Shown here: positions 49,653 to 63,448 of the stretch, in pieces
Position numbering within the stretch: position 1 is the first letter of the stretch
Layout: every line of letters begins with the position of its first letter
Assembly (NCBI GenBank): GCA_025201805.1
Contig: MU619240.1
Location: forward strand, 301,690 to 365,689
DNA from: Parasitella parasitica NRRL 2501
Taxonomy: Eukaryota > Fungi > Mucoromycota
Direction of reading: 5' to 3'
DNA: 64,000 nucleotides
The notes under the pieces: model-generated
The model's input: the letters and a program-made list of their open reading frames with translations, nothing else
What the model was told of the DNA's origin: nothing
The model's database searches: none
Program-made: the position numbers and the translations under genes

Positions 49653-52090
49653 CTACGTCACATACGCAGCAACCACAATGTTAATCTCATTATCAAATAT
49701 CCAAAAAAGAAAGAGAAAAAACATCAAATTGTTTATATTGTAACTTTCAATGTAAACAACAAATTATTATTAATAACTAGTAGCTGGTGATATCTTGTCT
49801 TTTACCTACACAAAGCTCCTCTCTTATTCTTGTCCAAAGCTATCTAAATGCAAAATATATTATAGGCGCTATGTTATCTATTTAAGATGGTGCTGCATTA
49901 TTACTAAATATTTCATAAAAAGCTTAGTAGAAATTAATCAGGTAAAGATCTGTTTATTATATCTGAAAAAAAAAAAGGGTTTTTATACAAACTGAACGAA
50001 ACGATGTGAGGATAAACGTTTAACTTATGAGAAAACAGAGAAGATTGTATCTTCCTCAAATATCATGTCATGTTCATTTTATCACATTGATAATACTTTA
50101 TTAAATGGCGAGAAGTTTCGCACTTTGCTTTCACAAGTGCATCATATATTGTCATTCGGTTTTAGCATCTACATATATCCACTGTCATCACAGCTTTATA
50201 CTCTTGTCATTCAGATGCAAAAAGTAATAAATTACAACACCGACAAACACATCACGTGATGAATTATTTCAAACTCCGACACGAAAAACGCGAAACTGTT
50301 TTTGTGGATAACTTTTGAGAAACACATTGCCCAGTGGAAGCCAAGTTATGCTCAGATAGCGATGATCATGCTTGTTCTTATGGCGCATAAGACAGTGTTT
50401 ATTTTGCTTTTTAGCAGGTGGTTTTAAGATATGATAAAAAGTGGGAAAATGGTAAATAAGGTTGTGCCAGTGTCAAAGGGCGCAGCGTAATGTTATGTAA
50501 ATAAGATTTGTATAAAGTAATAAAGACTTTCTGAATAAAACCAGATACAAAACTGAAGACTTTTATTGACATAAGATATGATGTCTATTTATACTAAAAT
50601 ATATCCCAATCAATGTTTATCCACATAATATCTGATGTTTGACAAGAAGTGTCAAACCTTATTAAATCACAGCATTTCCAGGACAGACCTATCTTTCTAT
50701 TTTACATTAAAGAGAAGATTGGGTAGAATGTCTTCCCGACATCCCGCGATCTGATCTAGATGTATTCTTTGAATAAGCCTGGAACCTTGCAAGAGGTCCA
50801 ATTACAACTTGTAGCTTATTCCTTATTTGTAAAAGAATTACCAACAATTAATATCATGATCCGTGCATTATGACTAAGTTAGATATGACATATGTAGCCT
50901 TTATATGGATACAACATCATCGAATTTTCCCGTGGTTAAACCATTATGCCAGTAACCACTCGTTAACCTAGCCCACACACTTATTCATTTATTTTATTTT
51001 CTTACAATATGCTACTAAGCCCACCACTCATCTACTTTACTCCTGAAAAATCAGGCAAAAAAAAAAAAAAAATTTTTTTTGCCATGTTCAAAAAGGTTGA
51101 TTTATTGATTTGGATTTTGTTGCAGGGTTTCTGATTTTATGTATGCAAATCAAGTTTCAGATCAAGTTTTTGAAACAATTAGAACACAGTGAGTGAAAAT
51201 ATCTGTAATAGCTACTATAGTTTATTACCATAAACATTTCTCATATACTAGCAAATCTATTATCTAAAAATCATCCTTATCACTGAAAACCTGATCTGTC
51301 ACTACCGATCGTTGTTTACATATAAGTTTATAGTTCATATAAACATCGCCGCATTGCTGTCAATTACTTCTTGTCCAATAATATCTACATATATTATATA
51401 GTAAGTAATAACCCTGATAGCAATGTCAACAATTAGATACACCAACCGTCCATTAACATAGTACATCATTCTACCCTTACTACTAGATAATTGTACTTCA
51501 TCACACTGAGGTTTTATCTAGAGAAAAACATCTTAGTATTTATAGGATTTGAATTGTTGTATATGAGTTCTCATGAATGAAGCATTGATCCTAGAGTCAA
51601 TGCTGCAGCGAAACGCAGTAAAAAAAGTGTAAAAAAGCAAGATACGATTAAAATCCTTCTTTATTTTGAAAGTAGATTGAATGTGCAATAAGCTGTTATT
51701 TTATATCTCTATTTATATTATTTGAGTGTCGTCTTACTAGCAGACAATTGTTTCGTTATTTCTTAACCGTTCCATTATTCTTCATTTGTTGTGTTATGAA
51801 TTCTAATCAGCCGTTCTGGCTTAGTAGTAAACTATCATACTACTTGTTGGGTTGATTAGAGATGGTCATTCATCAGGTCAATAGGATAATTCTATTGTAG
51901 CTATTCTAATCTTACGTGAGTGTGAATATTATTGAGTTGTTTATTGACGTTGTTGATCTAACGATGGATCAAGGACGGCATTTGAAACATAATTCTTATT
52001 CATGCGATTAGGAAGCTTTCATTGTTTGATGAATTGTTCCTTTTCAGGCTTTAGTTTGTGGCACAACATGCTATTTTGACATAATATGTC

Positions 52091-52380
52091 NNNNNNNNNN
52101 NNNNNNNNNNNNNNNNNNNNNNNNNNNNNNNNNNNNNNNNNNNNNNNNNNNNNNNNNNNNNNNNNNNNNNNNNNNNNNNNNNNNNNNNNNNNNNNNNNNN
52201 NNNNNNNNNNNNNNNNNNNNNNNNNNNNNNNNNNNNNNNNNNNNNNNNNNNNNNNNNNNNNNNNNNNNNNNNNNNNNNNNNNNNNNNNNNNNNNNNNNNN
52301 NNNNNNNNNNNNNNNNNNNNNNNNNNNNNNNNNNNNNNNNNNNNNNNNNNNNNNNNNNNNNNNNNNNNNNNNNNNNNNNN
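52091..52380. other. Assembly gap
   Basis: Run of Ns. Confidence 0.99.
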
Positions 52381-55300
52381 ATTGATAAGGTCTTAAATTG
52401 TATTTGTAATTCGATTTGATTTATATGACTTAATATGTTATGCGAACTCGAATGGCACGAATTGACTATGCGTGACATTTGAGTTTTATTTTTTTTTAGA
52501 TACTTGCTTTTAGTTATACCATTCCATTGCAATAATAAAGCTATCATATTATGTCAGGTTAATGTCGGCCTTCCTTTGTACTGCTTGATTCCAAAGATAA
52601 ATAGTTTTCATATTCACTACTTACAAATTCTGGCATCTACTTGGTTTTCATAATGTTTCCTCATGCCTATATTCTTAAGATCGTATCTAGGTTAACAAAT
52701 CAAAATTCTACAGTGGCATTCGACTATACTATATTTTACCGGTAATGATGCCTAATAGCAAAAAATATGATAGAATCCGATTTCTAAAATACTATATTAC
52801 TGTAAAGCTTTGTAGAGTAGAGACCCCTTAATTAAAATAAGTCGGCTGTGAATGACTTTTCATCACGCGATGTCATTGCTTGACCCATGATTCCTACATC
52901 TTTCATTGCAATGACATGCAAAACTATCTAGCCCCCAGTAATAATTTTCTTTTCTTGCTGGCATGGTACAAATTCTTATTGTCACCATCTTCGCCTAAGG
53001 GCTCGTTCTTGTAAATGGAATGAAAAAGGGTGTTCTTCCAAAATTCTATATGGTTTATCAAGTGTGGATCTAACCTGGTTTGACAAAATCTCGGACTTGA
53101 TTATGAGTGATAGTAGCAAAGTTTATTTTTAAGGTTTGCATTGATGCTGTTGATCGATTCGATCGATTTTCATTTATCATACAAAATTTGAAAAAACCGC
53201 CCTTTTTTTTTATCGTACCAATAATATATAATGCTTTTGCTTTAAAAAGTAACCGCAAGTTTTGGCTATTGCATTTGGAAGTTTCTGAGTTCTGAGTGTG
53301 TAATACCCACTATCACTTTAAGAGAAATCCATTGAAGTCACTGATTTTCAAGTGCAATCTGAAGTGAACCACAGAAGTTTTGCGACGGCAATTAGCAGCA
53401 ATGCATTTCAAGAAATTTGATGTTAAGTCCAGGAATAGTATTTGCGTTTGGTTGAAATCAAATACTTTATTCAAGGCTTGGGATTTTTTTTTCGTGGCAT
53501 CAGTCCAAAAATTAAAATCTTTATTGTAAATGAAAGGTATGCAAAAGAAAAGCGTGGCTCAGGTAGCAAATATAAATCAAATGTAGCAAAAATGTAACTG
53601 TGTGAGATTTTTAGAGATTTCGAAAGCAGTGGCAACGTACTGGCCAAGGTTCTCGAAGAATTTAGCCCAAAGAAATGTTGGCCAGAACGGTTTCAGAGCG
53701 ACTGTGGTATAGTATTATTTTAACCTATCTTTAAAGAAGTGGCATTGTCTCCATGATATTATGCGATCGTGATCTATTGATTAATTAGTGTACAAGTGTC
53801 AATCAACTCAACCTTACTTAAAAACAGCTTCACATGAAAGCAGAATAAACGTTACGCTTTTTTGTATGTTTCAGATGTAAGCTGATTATTGACGGGCAAG
53901 TAAATTTTAGTTACAGTATCTAACTTTTCATTTTTGTATTAGCACTCAATGGTAGAAATTCTGTTAGTCAATCGAAACATGAAGAATGTGATATGACTCA
54001 ATCCAAAACTTTAATTCCACTTATTGCCACTTTGTCAGACAACTGAATTTTGTGGCAGGTGCTAAAAATGTCGATCCTTTTCGGTCTGTCTAAATCCAGT
54101 CAACTCCTTTTATTAATCCAAAATAGCATTCCTGCTTACAGAATCGAGACCTGCACACATACCAAAGCATTCTCTTAGAAGATGCTTTTTTAGTCGTCTT
54201 TCTAGTCAAATACATGCCATGAACGTCATCCATTTACCCGATCTCCGCAATTTCTCCTTTAAACAAAGTGAACAAATTATTAATAACGGATCAGCAAGAG
54301 CAAGCATCAATAATACAGTATCATGCACTAACTAGATTTGAAGGTATACATGCACTACAACCGCCGGTCATCCGCCTTATGGGGCCTCCTTTTTTCCATC
54401 TCTTTTTGTCATGGAAAGAGGCCCAAGAAGAGAACATTGCACCTTAAATTTTCCAGAATAAACAATACTCCTTTTAAAGATATTCTTCTTATTTGTCATT
54501 TGTGTATAACTTCCCCTTTTCCAAGATACCAAGCATTGAGCTCTCCTGTCTCACTCATCATTTTCATGTTTAAAAATGACTAGCAGCAGTAGGAGGCCCT
54601 CAGTTTTCTTTTTTAAGATTTTAACAAGTTATGATTGCATAGTAAATTCTGTAACACTATCCAAAAAAACCTTCTTAATTACATTGCATGCCAATCTTTC
54701 TGTGTTACTCTCAAGGTATGCCTCATCGAAACAAATTCTAGGCATATTGCAGTGATTATCACATGAATGGCGATGAGTATTACATGTTTAGATAAAGAAA
54801 GAGCGAAAGAGAAAGGTTCTTCATTTGCTCAGTGTTTTTCCTGATTTATACAAGAATACTGCCACGTTCCTTAGTGAGTAAATAAAGAAAAAAAGAACAA
54901 AAAACGCCACGGATAGGGGAGCATCCCAAGACTTCACATTAGATGATAATATGACCAAGATATGTACATGGTGAACGAAACTTGTATTTTAATACATTAT
55001 CGATATGGCAAGAATGAACTATTTCTGATTCATGTAAGGGATCAAGTTAAGCAAAGAAAGGTGTTTTCAGAGAAAAAAAAAGGGAGAAAGATGTTACCAT
55101 AAATCGGTCAATGTGTGTTTACCAAGGGTCAATGCCATCTCATCACGTTCTTTTTTTTTTGCATCACTTGTGTTCAGTCTATTATTTACAAGAATTCTTA
55201 GATTCTATACGAATTGTGATCGGGCTAAACCACAATGATGCAAAGAATCAAGTTATCCGTGATTGTGCCATGTCAAATTTAGCCATTTTCATAACAGAGC

Positions 55301-55641
55301 TTGTATGCAAACATGCTCAGACGAGGCGCGTGCGTGCGCGGTCTTCTGCAATCGCAATGGCCTCCACCCCAAAAAACTACTGCTGTTAATTTTGCAAAAT
55401 CATTTCAGAAAATACACTTTTATCATATAACTATTTTTATCCTTCTAGGGCAGCATGATGGGATACTAAAGTGAATATAAACTTGACATTTATTCCTCTT
55501 CTCTTTCTCTTTCTCTTCCTCTTTCTTTCTTTCTTTCTTCTCTCTCTTCTTTTCCTTCTTCCTTTTTCTTTTCTTTTCCTGTTAGAAGTTTTGAATACTT
55601 GATTTTTTTCATGCAGAAGACATAATAATTCTTCTCATTAA

Positions 55642-55673
55642 NNNNNNNNNNNNNNNNNNNNNNNNNNNNNNNN
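55642..55673. other. Assembly gap (short) after a CT-rich tract
   Basis: Run of Ns. Confidence 0.99.
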
Positions 55674-55753
55674 CGAGTTGGTAGAAATGTTATCAATCAT
55701 TTGTTTTCTAAAAAAAAAACGGCTGAATATTCTAGAATACAACGCACACACAA

Positions 55754-57516
55754 ATGACTATACAAAGCTCCTGCTTTTGGTCATTGCTATCACTCGACAA
55801 ATTAGAATTTAAATATGTTCCTTTATCGGTTGGAAACATCAAAATATCAGCCGAAAATAACCAAATCACCATACAAGACGTCTTGTTACATCGCTCCGTG
55901 TTTGAGTTCATGCATCCCAGCGAAATCAAAATGGCTAAACAGGACCTGTCAAGCTTTCTAAAGTTGAAAACCTTGGCTGGATCTGTCACAAGGTAATGTA
56001 GGATGCGTCCGGAAGAAATGCTTCAAAACCTTTATTGATACGTAAAGAAGGTGCCGGCTGTTATCTTTTAAAAGCATTGCACACCATGCCTTGTCCAAGG
56101 ATCCTTCTCTATCGTCAAGTTATCAGGTAAAGTTCTGAAAGTCTTCTCTCGTGAATGTCCAATTGATGATCCACCCCACGTTAGGATTGGAATATTATAG
56201 ACCTGGTCATTTATACAGCAACAGATGATACAGTGTTGGCGTTTTTTCACAACACAGGTAGCCTAGTTAATTTTTGTTGGCTGGGTCGACGGACACTAAT
56301 ATGCCTTAGATTTTGCCTCATGCCGTCTGGAAAATGGCCCACTTGTGTCAAATCCAAGCTGTGCCGTACGGTCAGAGAAACCATGTTTTGATTACGAGGT
56401 AGGCTTCTATTAAACAGTAAACACTTATTTTTAATTGATTAATTTATGCTTGTCAGGACGCATTACATCTGTTACAAGTTCTGCATTTGATGCAAACGAC
56501 ACCAACGGTGCCAATTACGGAAGACCATCATCTCATCAGCCCGATACGAATATTTCAAATAGTGGATTCAATATCGTTGAAGCCGCTCTTTTCATGGCCA
56601 CAGTTTTATACATTTGTAGATATGATTCAATCTCTAGCTAAGGAAATCACATTAAAGGAATTCAAAAATCCAAATTTTGGATCGTCTCCTACAACGAATG
56701 CAGCAGAAGTGTCATGTACTCGCTATTTCTATGCAAATAGCAAGATTGAGCTTTTCTTGACAAGAAAAGCTTGCAACTTTCAAAGGATTTTGATACCGTA
56801 TGGCAACATTTTGTTCGAAGCAATCCAAGTATCTCCTATTCTTATCAACACTACCATTACGTCTTCAATTCTTGGAAACCAACCAGCTGGTATGTACATG
56901 AATAACTTTGCCTTCTTTTTCAACGTTAAAAAAGTACTCAAATCTGATAATGAAAAGGAAGAGGCGGATAGAGAACTTGCCCTAACCTTTCAACATGAAT
57001 ACGCAGTGAACACTTTGGATTTGCAAGCAGGCCGAGAAACCTTAGGACTAGAAACTCGGCAAAACCAGATATATCAGGCACACCAACCGTGTACGAGCAA
57101 CTCTACTGTGTATCCTTCTTCATCGAAACTTCAAAAATTCAGGGTACAGCAGCAAGTGCAGCAAGAGCTTACTATAAAACAGCAAAGCTTCGTATCCATC
57201 GAAAAAAAAAGAAGGAATGAAATATTTGGAGCTAATGCTACGATTTCCACCTGGCAAGAACATCGCAAGGCATGCACCCGTTGCCATACAATCAATAGTC
57301 CTGAATGGAGAAGGGGTCCTGACGGCCATAAAACGTAATATTCTTGTGTATATGATACCAGTAGAAACCATTTAAAAACTCATATTTGCAAATAGACTAT
57401 GCAATGCCTGCGGTTTGCGATACTCTAGATTAAGGTCAAAGCAATGGCGCTCAACGGCAACTAATCCATCCTCTTCTTCATCGCTTACAAATTCCTCCTT
57501 TTCAACACCTAAATAA
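55754..57516 (+). CDS. PAS-domain + GATA zinc-finger transcription factor (White collar-2-like architecture), multi-exon
   Basis: PAS-like SVFEFMHPSEIKMAKQDL...GSVTR|CRL. GATA finger CTRCHTINSPEWRRGPDGHKT|LCNACGLRY. The exons I traced splice in frame; stop 57514-57516. Confidence 0.85.
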
Positions 57517-58472
57517 TTTTTTAAAATTATGTATGTCCTCCTGATTTGAACTGGCCCTTTATTCCAAAACGCGAACCTAATCCATACATTAAACAGATAT
57601 ACAATATTTGCACACCAAATTTGTGTTTATACGTATTTGTGTATCTCAAATTTAGGTTTCATCTCTCACTCTATGAATTCATATGCTTTTACTTGATTAC
57701 ATCTACAATATGAAACTGCCGCTTGTTTGGACTTTATATGTTTAATTTACTGTCAATAAACCCTATATTTTCTACCAGACTTTCATATTATCAATGTGCT
57801 TCGAATAGATTGGTATCTACAATAAGGCACAATATACTCTTTATCGAGTGAAAAGCACGATAAAAAACTTTCTCTTGCTGTATGTAAATTCCTTTTTTAC
57901 GCGGAACAATGTTAAGGCTGTTCATGTTGTTGAGAACCCTTGGGGTTCATATTACCAATATTATATGGCCCATAATTTCTCCTAGACAATGAGACTCGAG
58001 AAGATAATAGACGCATGGGCCAATGCCTCTTTTCCCTTCAACAGAGCACAAATTAAACTCTCGTCTAATTTTACATACGGCTGCAGTCGAGTGCATGTTG
58101 AAGCGACGAAATATGGGATGCTTTGCGTGGGTCTGATATGACAAAGGTCGAGTCTTTGAGCCTGGTATCCCAACTCTTCATTTTTATAGTACCCACTTCT
58201 TGTCTTGTGATTTCGCAATTTCATACAATAGTGCACTTGTGCTGTAGCTACCGGATCCTGCGGTCACTTTCAGGTCGAGAAATCTCCTTTTTAAGGCAGA
58301 TCCTTTTCCAACTGATTTGACAGGTTCGTTTTGAACATTCAGCAGCACACTTGATGTGGGCTCCGCCACGCACCTTGCAAAAAATTTTTATAAAGGAATC
58401 CGTTTGATTTCTTTTTTCCTGTTCTCCTTAATCTCTCCTCCCCAGCCCCCCCTTCTTTTTGTTTTATACAAA

Positions 58473-60710
58473 ATGGCGACCTGTGACGCAGTATTAGAAG
58501 CTCTCGGCAAACTTTCTATTACACCAAAGACAGTTTCTCATAATGCTGTCAGTGACAGCAAGGCTTGGACTGAAGCTTTAGGCAATACCAATCAAGATTT
58601 TCATGTTACAAAAACGTTGATTCTCAAACCCAAGACTGCAAAGACCGCTCCTGTTACACCTGTCGTTGTGATTGCCTTGGAATCCACCGAGACTAACACT
58701 ACTGCTCTCGGCAAGAAGCTCTCGTTGAAGGATTGTCGTTTCGCCAGCGAGGATTTACTCAAGGGCACATTTGGTGTCAACAAAGATTCAGTCTCTCCTT
58801 TTGCTTTGTCCAATGTTCAGGATATTTCCTTGGTTCATCTTGTTGTCGACAATGCCATTTTAGCTCTGGATGCCTCTACTTTGTTGGCTTTCCATCCCTC
58901 TGCTGCTGACAAGACAGTTTTCATCACCGTAGATCAATTGAAGAGCTATTTCGCTTCAATCAACAAGGAATTTATTGATACTGATTTCAAGGCTTTGGCT
59001 GCTGCCAAACCTCCTCCCAATGCTGTCAAAAAAGCCCCCAAGGCCACAAAGGAAGGTACGTTACTACACCCTAATTCAGAGAGAAACACAAGTTGGAGTC
59101 AATGCGATTAATTATATTTTTATCACTCTGTAGCTGCTGCTACTGCTGTTGCTAGTGAGGATGCTAGTAATATGGGCCTCGAATACAAAAAGGAAGAGAA
59201 TTTCGCCAAGTGGTACCAACAAGTCTTGACCAAGAGTGAAATGTTGGACTACTATGATGTCTCTGGTTGTTACATCCTTCGTCCATTGGCCTACAACGTC
59301 TGGAAGGAGATTACCAATTTTTTCGATGGAGCCATTACTGAGATGGGTGTAGAGGATACTTATTTCCCCATGTTTGTTTCCAACCGTGTTTTGCAACGTG
59401 AGAAGGATCACATTGAAGGTTTTGCCCCTGAAGTTGCTTGGGTCACGAAGGCCGGTAATAGCGATCTCGAAGAGCCTATTGCTATTCGACCCACCTCAGA
59501 AACCGTCATGTACCCTTACTTTTCCAAATGGATCCGTTCTTATCGTGATTTGCCCTTCCGTATCAATCAATGGTGCTCCGTTGTTCGCTGGGAATTCAAG
59601 AACCCTCAGCCTTTCCTCCGTACTCGCGAGTTCCTTTGGCAAGAGGGCCACACTGCTCATTTAACCTTGGAAGGTGCTGACAAAGAAGTGAGGGAGATTT
59701 TGGACCTTTATGAACAAGTTTATACAGATTATTTGGCCCTGCCTGTGGTAAAGGGGGTCAAGTCTGAGAAGGAAAGATTTGCTGGTGGCTACTATACTAC
59801 TACTGTCGAGGGCTTTATTCCCACTACTGGTCGCGCTATTCAGGGTGGTACCTCTCACTGTCTGGGCCAAAACTTCAGCAAGATGTTCAACATCACGGTC
59901 GAAGATCCCACCGCCCCCGCCAATGCTACTGAGGAAGCCAAGAAGCTTCATGTCTGGCAAAACTCTTGGGGTCTCTCTACCCGTACTATTGGTGTTATGG
60001 TCATGATTCACGGTGATGATAAAGGTTTGGTTTTGCCTCCTCGTGTCGCGCTCATTCAAACTATTATTGTTCCTTGTGGTTTGACAGTAAAGACTTCCAA
60101 GGAAGATGCAGATAAAATCTATGATGCTTGTCAAAATGTTGCCAATCGTCTAAAGAAGGCTGGTTTTAAGAGCAAGGCCGATCTTCGCGACAATTATACC
60201 CCTGGCTACAAGTTCAACCATTGGGAAATCCGTGGTGTTCCTCTTCGTCTTGAAGTTGGTCCCAAAGATTTGGAGAAAAAACAAGTTACTGCTGTTCGTC
60301 GTGACACTGGTGATAAGTTTACTGTATCTCTTGATAATCTTGAAGCAGGCATCAAGGAAGCTCTCGATACTATTCAAAGAAGCATGTATGAAAAAGCCAA
60401 CAAGAAGATGGAGGAGTCTATTGTCCGTGTCTCCGAGTGGAAAGACTTTGTTCCTACCCTCAACCAAAAGAAATTGCTTTTGGTTCCCTGGTGTGATCGT
60501 ATGGAATGTGAGGACGATATAAAGGAGCGTTCTGCCAAGGTCGCTAATGATGGTGAGGAAGAGGATGAGCGTGCTCCTTCCATGGGCGCCAAGTCTCTCT
60601 GTAATCCTTTTAAGCAGCCTACAGAAGATCCTATTATTCCTGGCGTTACAAAGTGTATTGCTTGTGACCATGATGCTAAACATTTCATGCTCTTTGGTAG
60701 AAGCTATTAG
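58473..60710 (+). CDS. Cytosolic prolyl-tRNA synthetase with N-terminal YbaK/ProX-like domain
   Basis: Exon 1 YbaK-like (VTKTLILKPK, RFASEDLL, SVSPFAL, AFHPS). Catalytic core RPTSET, VRWEFK, FLRTREFLWQEGHT, QNSWGLSTR, C-terminal FGRSY. Confidence 0.96.
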
Positions 60711-60926
60711 CTTAAACAGCCTACTGTTTTTAACCTTATTGTTCTTCTTTCTCCCTCCTGCTAACATGTTATTTTCTTGTAACCTGTTTTGTTCCAAAGA
60801 TTGTATAAATGTATATCATTTCTCATTTTGTCTTCCAGTAATGTCTGAGATTCAAACCAGTGTCAACAACACAATTCAACATTGCTTTTTAGTTTTGTTG
60901 CACCCTTTGATTATTTTGCTAATAAC

Positions 60927-61769
60927 ATGGCTTCATCGTCATTCAGATCTTCTAAATGGGACCCTATCCTCATCATAGCGCAGGTAATCTCGTCTTATTT
61001 TATGCACTTGGATTCTTCTGAGTAATATATCCATCAGATTGCCGCATTGCAGTCGCTTTGCTACTTGGTATACAGCATTATTCTTTTTATCGCACTCACA
61101 CTAGAGGGCTCAAGTGTGTCATTAGATCTCATCTTCAACTACAAAGAGATTCGAACAGACACAGGCTTTGGATGGTCGTTAATTATCGTTTGGCTAGTCA
61201 ACGCGTGTCTTAGTATACCCATTCTGACGTTTATTGTTCAACGAGCAAGACAAATCCTCGATTATGTCCTCACTTTTCACTTTTTCCACCTGTTATTCGT
61301 CTGGTATATATCGCAGCAGTTTCCTAAAGGGATTTCATGGTGGCTTCTGCAACTATTTAATACAGCAATCATGACATTCGGTGGAGAATGGGCATGTATG
61401 CATCGAGAAATGAAGCCCATCATGATATCCGGTGGCAGCCAAAAGGTTGCTTCAAATAAGCAACAATCACAACAGCAACAACAAGCGCAACACGGAGAGG
61501 AAGAGGAGGACGATTTAATGGGCCAACAAAGAGGCACACCCTATAATAAATCAAAGAGAAAATCATCCGATACAGAGCCTAAAGAAGGCCAAGGTATGAC
61601 AGATGAAGGTGCATTGTTGGCTGCTGTGGGTAAGGCTAAAAAGGCACTGATGCTTAGCGCGGGTCGTTCAAAACGCAGTGGAAAGCAAAAATATGACCAG
61701 ATACCGATGAAGGATCTAATGGAGAACGAAGAAAACAATAGTATTAGTAGCAATAATAGCCGTCTGTAA
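60927..61769 (+). CDS. SYS1: Golgi membrane protein Sys1
   Basis: FRSSKWDPILIIAQ|IAALQSLCY, IVQRARQILDYVLTFHFFHL, FPKGISWW, GEWACMHREMKPI. Confidence 0.88.
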
Positions 61770-62199
61770 CCGACTCTAATGTAATGAAACGCTTTTGTAT
61801 ATATTCAAATGCTTGTTCTTGGCAATTTTGAAGTAATATATATATTCTATAGCCACCAGTAGATCAGCATCAAGGAGCATGTTATTTACTATACAGACTT
61901 TGTCCTTTTATATTAATCCTCCATATGTGATTAATGCACATTAGAAAATCACTATGTGCACAAAATGTAGAATGATATGAAACAAAGAGTGAGGGGTTCA
62001 TTATCTTATATCCCTATCGTAGTACATATATAAACAGATGATGCATTCATTTGCTTTCAAAACTTATAAATATTGACAATATATTGTTCCTTTTTCTAAT
62101 TCTTGCAATTCACCCTTGTCCAGAACTCCTGTAAGTTAACCATTTTATATAATAGTATCCAATATATTGTATGTTTAATAATCGTAAACAAGCTTTAAA

Positions 62200-62493
62200 A
62201 TGCCACAAGCACTTCGATTTTTTTTTCTACTCTTTTGCTTTATTCAGATATCCTTTGCTGATATTCCTACACTGAAAATCTATGGCAAGACATATCACAA
62301 TCCAAAAGCTGGTAAAATAGTATTCCCACCTTTAACAGGATCACATTGGCCGGCAATTTTTAATGATCTGAAGAGGGATGTTTCTGTTTACAATAATAAC
62401 AAGTGTTCGGGAAAGGCAGTTGACAAAATTCCGAAAGATAGAGCTACAATCGATTTCAAAGGCCAATGGGGAGGTTGTTTGATAGTTCATTAA
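62200..62493 (+). CDS. Small secreted protein (97 aa, signal peptide, two mature-region Cys)
   Basis: AAAATG context; hydrophobic N-terminus FFFLLFCFIQISFA with likely cleavage before DIP. Confidence 0.6.
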   Translation: MPQALRFFFLLFCFIQISFADIPTLKIYGKTYHNPKAGKIVFPPLTGSHWPAIFNDLKRDVSVYNNNKCSGKAVDKIPKDRATIDFKGQWGGCLIVH

Positions 62494-63448
62494 CAATCTT
62501 TTAGTAAAACCTCTGTATGTAAAAAAAAAAAAAAAATACGTATAAAGTCAGCCTAAAGTAAATTCTTGCGTTTGCCTTGTTTTTTCTTGTAAAAATGTAT
62601 CAGTTCGCCATTTTTTATAAATACTGCTTCAAGATAGTCTTGCTCGTTATTCGCCCCACTGCTCAAGATGTTTTGTACCGTATACATAACAGTTTACTGA
62701 CCTTTAATCTGTATTTTAATATTTATTGCCCGACATAGTAATTGGCTAAAAATACCGTTTTTTTACTTTAAATTGGAAAACAAAATAATTATTTTCAGAT
62801 AAAAAGAAACTATTTTAGACGAATCAGAGTTAATTATTGGACCATTATCTTACCTATTGTGGAAAAAGTAAAAATTATTTTCAGATAAAAAGGAAATTAG
62901 TTTGGACAAATCAAAAGCTAATTTCTTTATATCAATGGATATTTTCATCAATAATCATTGTAAATTATTAGAATTAATTCGTGGATTATCTGAAGCAAAA
63001 TTAGTAAATATTCATATGCTGTTTCATACGTGCTCCAACTAATAGTTGGATCCAAACTCTATTCTACTGTTGAGATAGATATATTATAAATAAAACAAAA
63101 CGAAATGAAAAGCCAGTAATAACCAATAATCTTGTTCAATTACAAAAGCTTCTATTCAAACAGTCTGATGCACTAGACATTGTTGTTTTCGAGATGATTA
63201 ATAAAAGACAAGCTGCTTCTTTGCTTAAGATAAACTAATATTGAAAACTGCCTTTATGAGCCCACGTGGTATGTAGACGAAGCCTTTTCTACTTTGGTGA
63301 TGAGGATAATCAATAGTAAATTGTTTTGATTTTGTCAATAAATCAGTCTTTGTAGTTTGAACTAAAGTTTCATCGGTCCGTCGAATTTCTAAAAGAAGAC
63401 CTAGAATATCTTTCAACATTTCTTTTCTCATCTACATTAATAAAAGTT

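Noticed and set aside
50250-50300. CACGTG plus CACGAAA/CGCGAAA (E-box, SCB-like) cluster
   Set aside because: Short motifs about 600 bp from the nearest start; function cannot be supported from sequence alone.
59112-60978. Antisense and alternate-frame ORFs over ProRS (and similar ones over other genes)
   Set aside because: Shadow ORFs caused by codon bias of the real genes.
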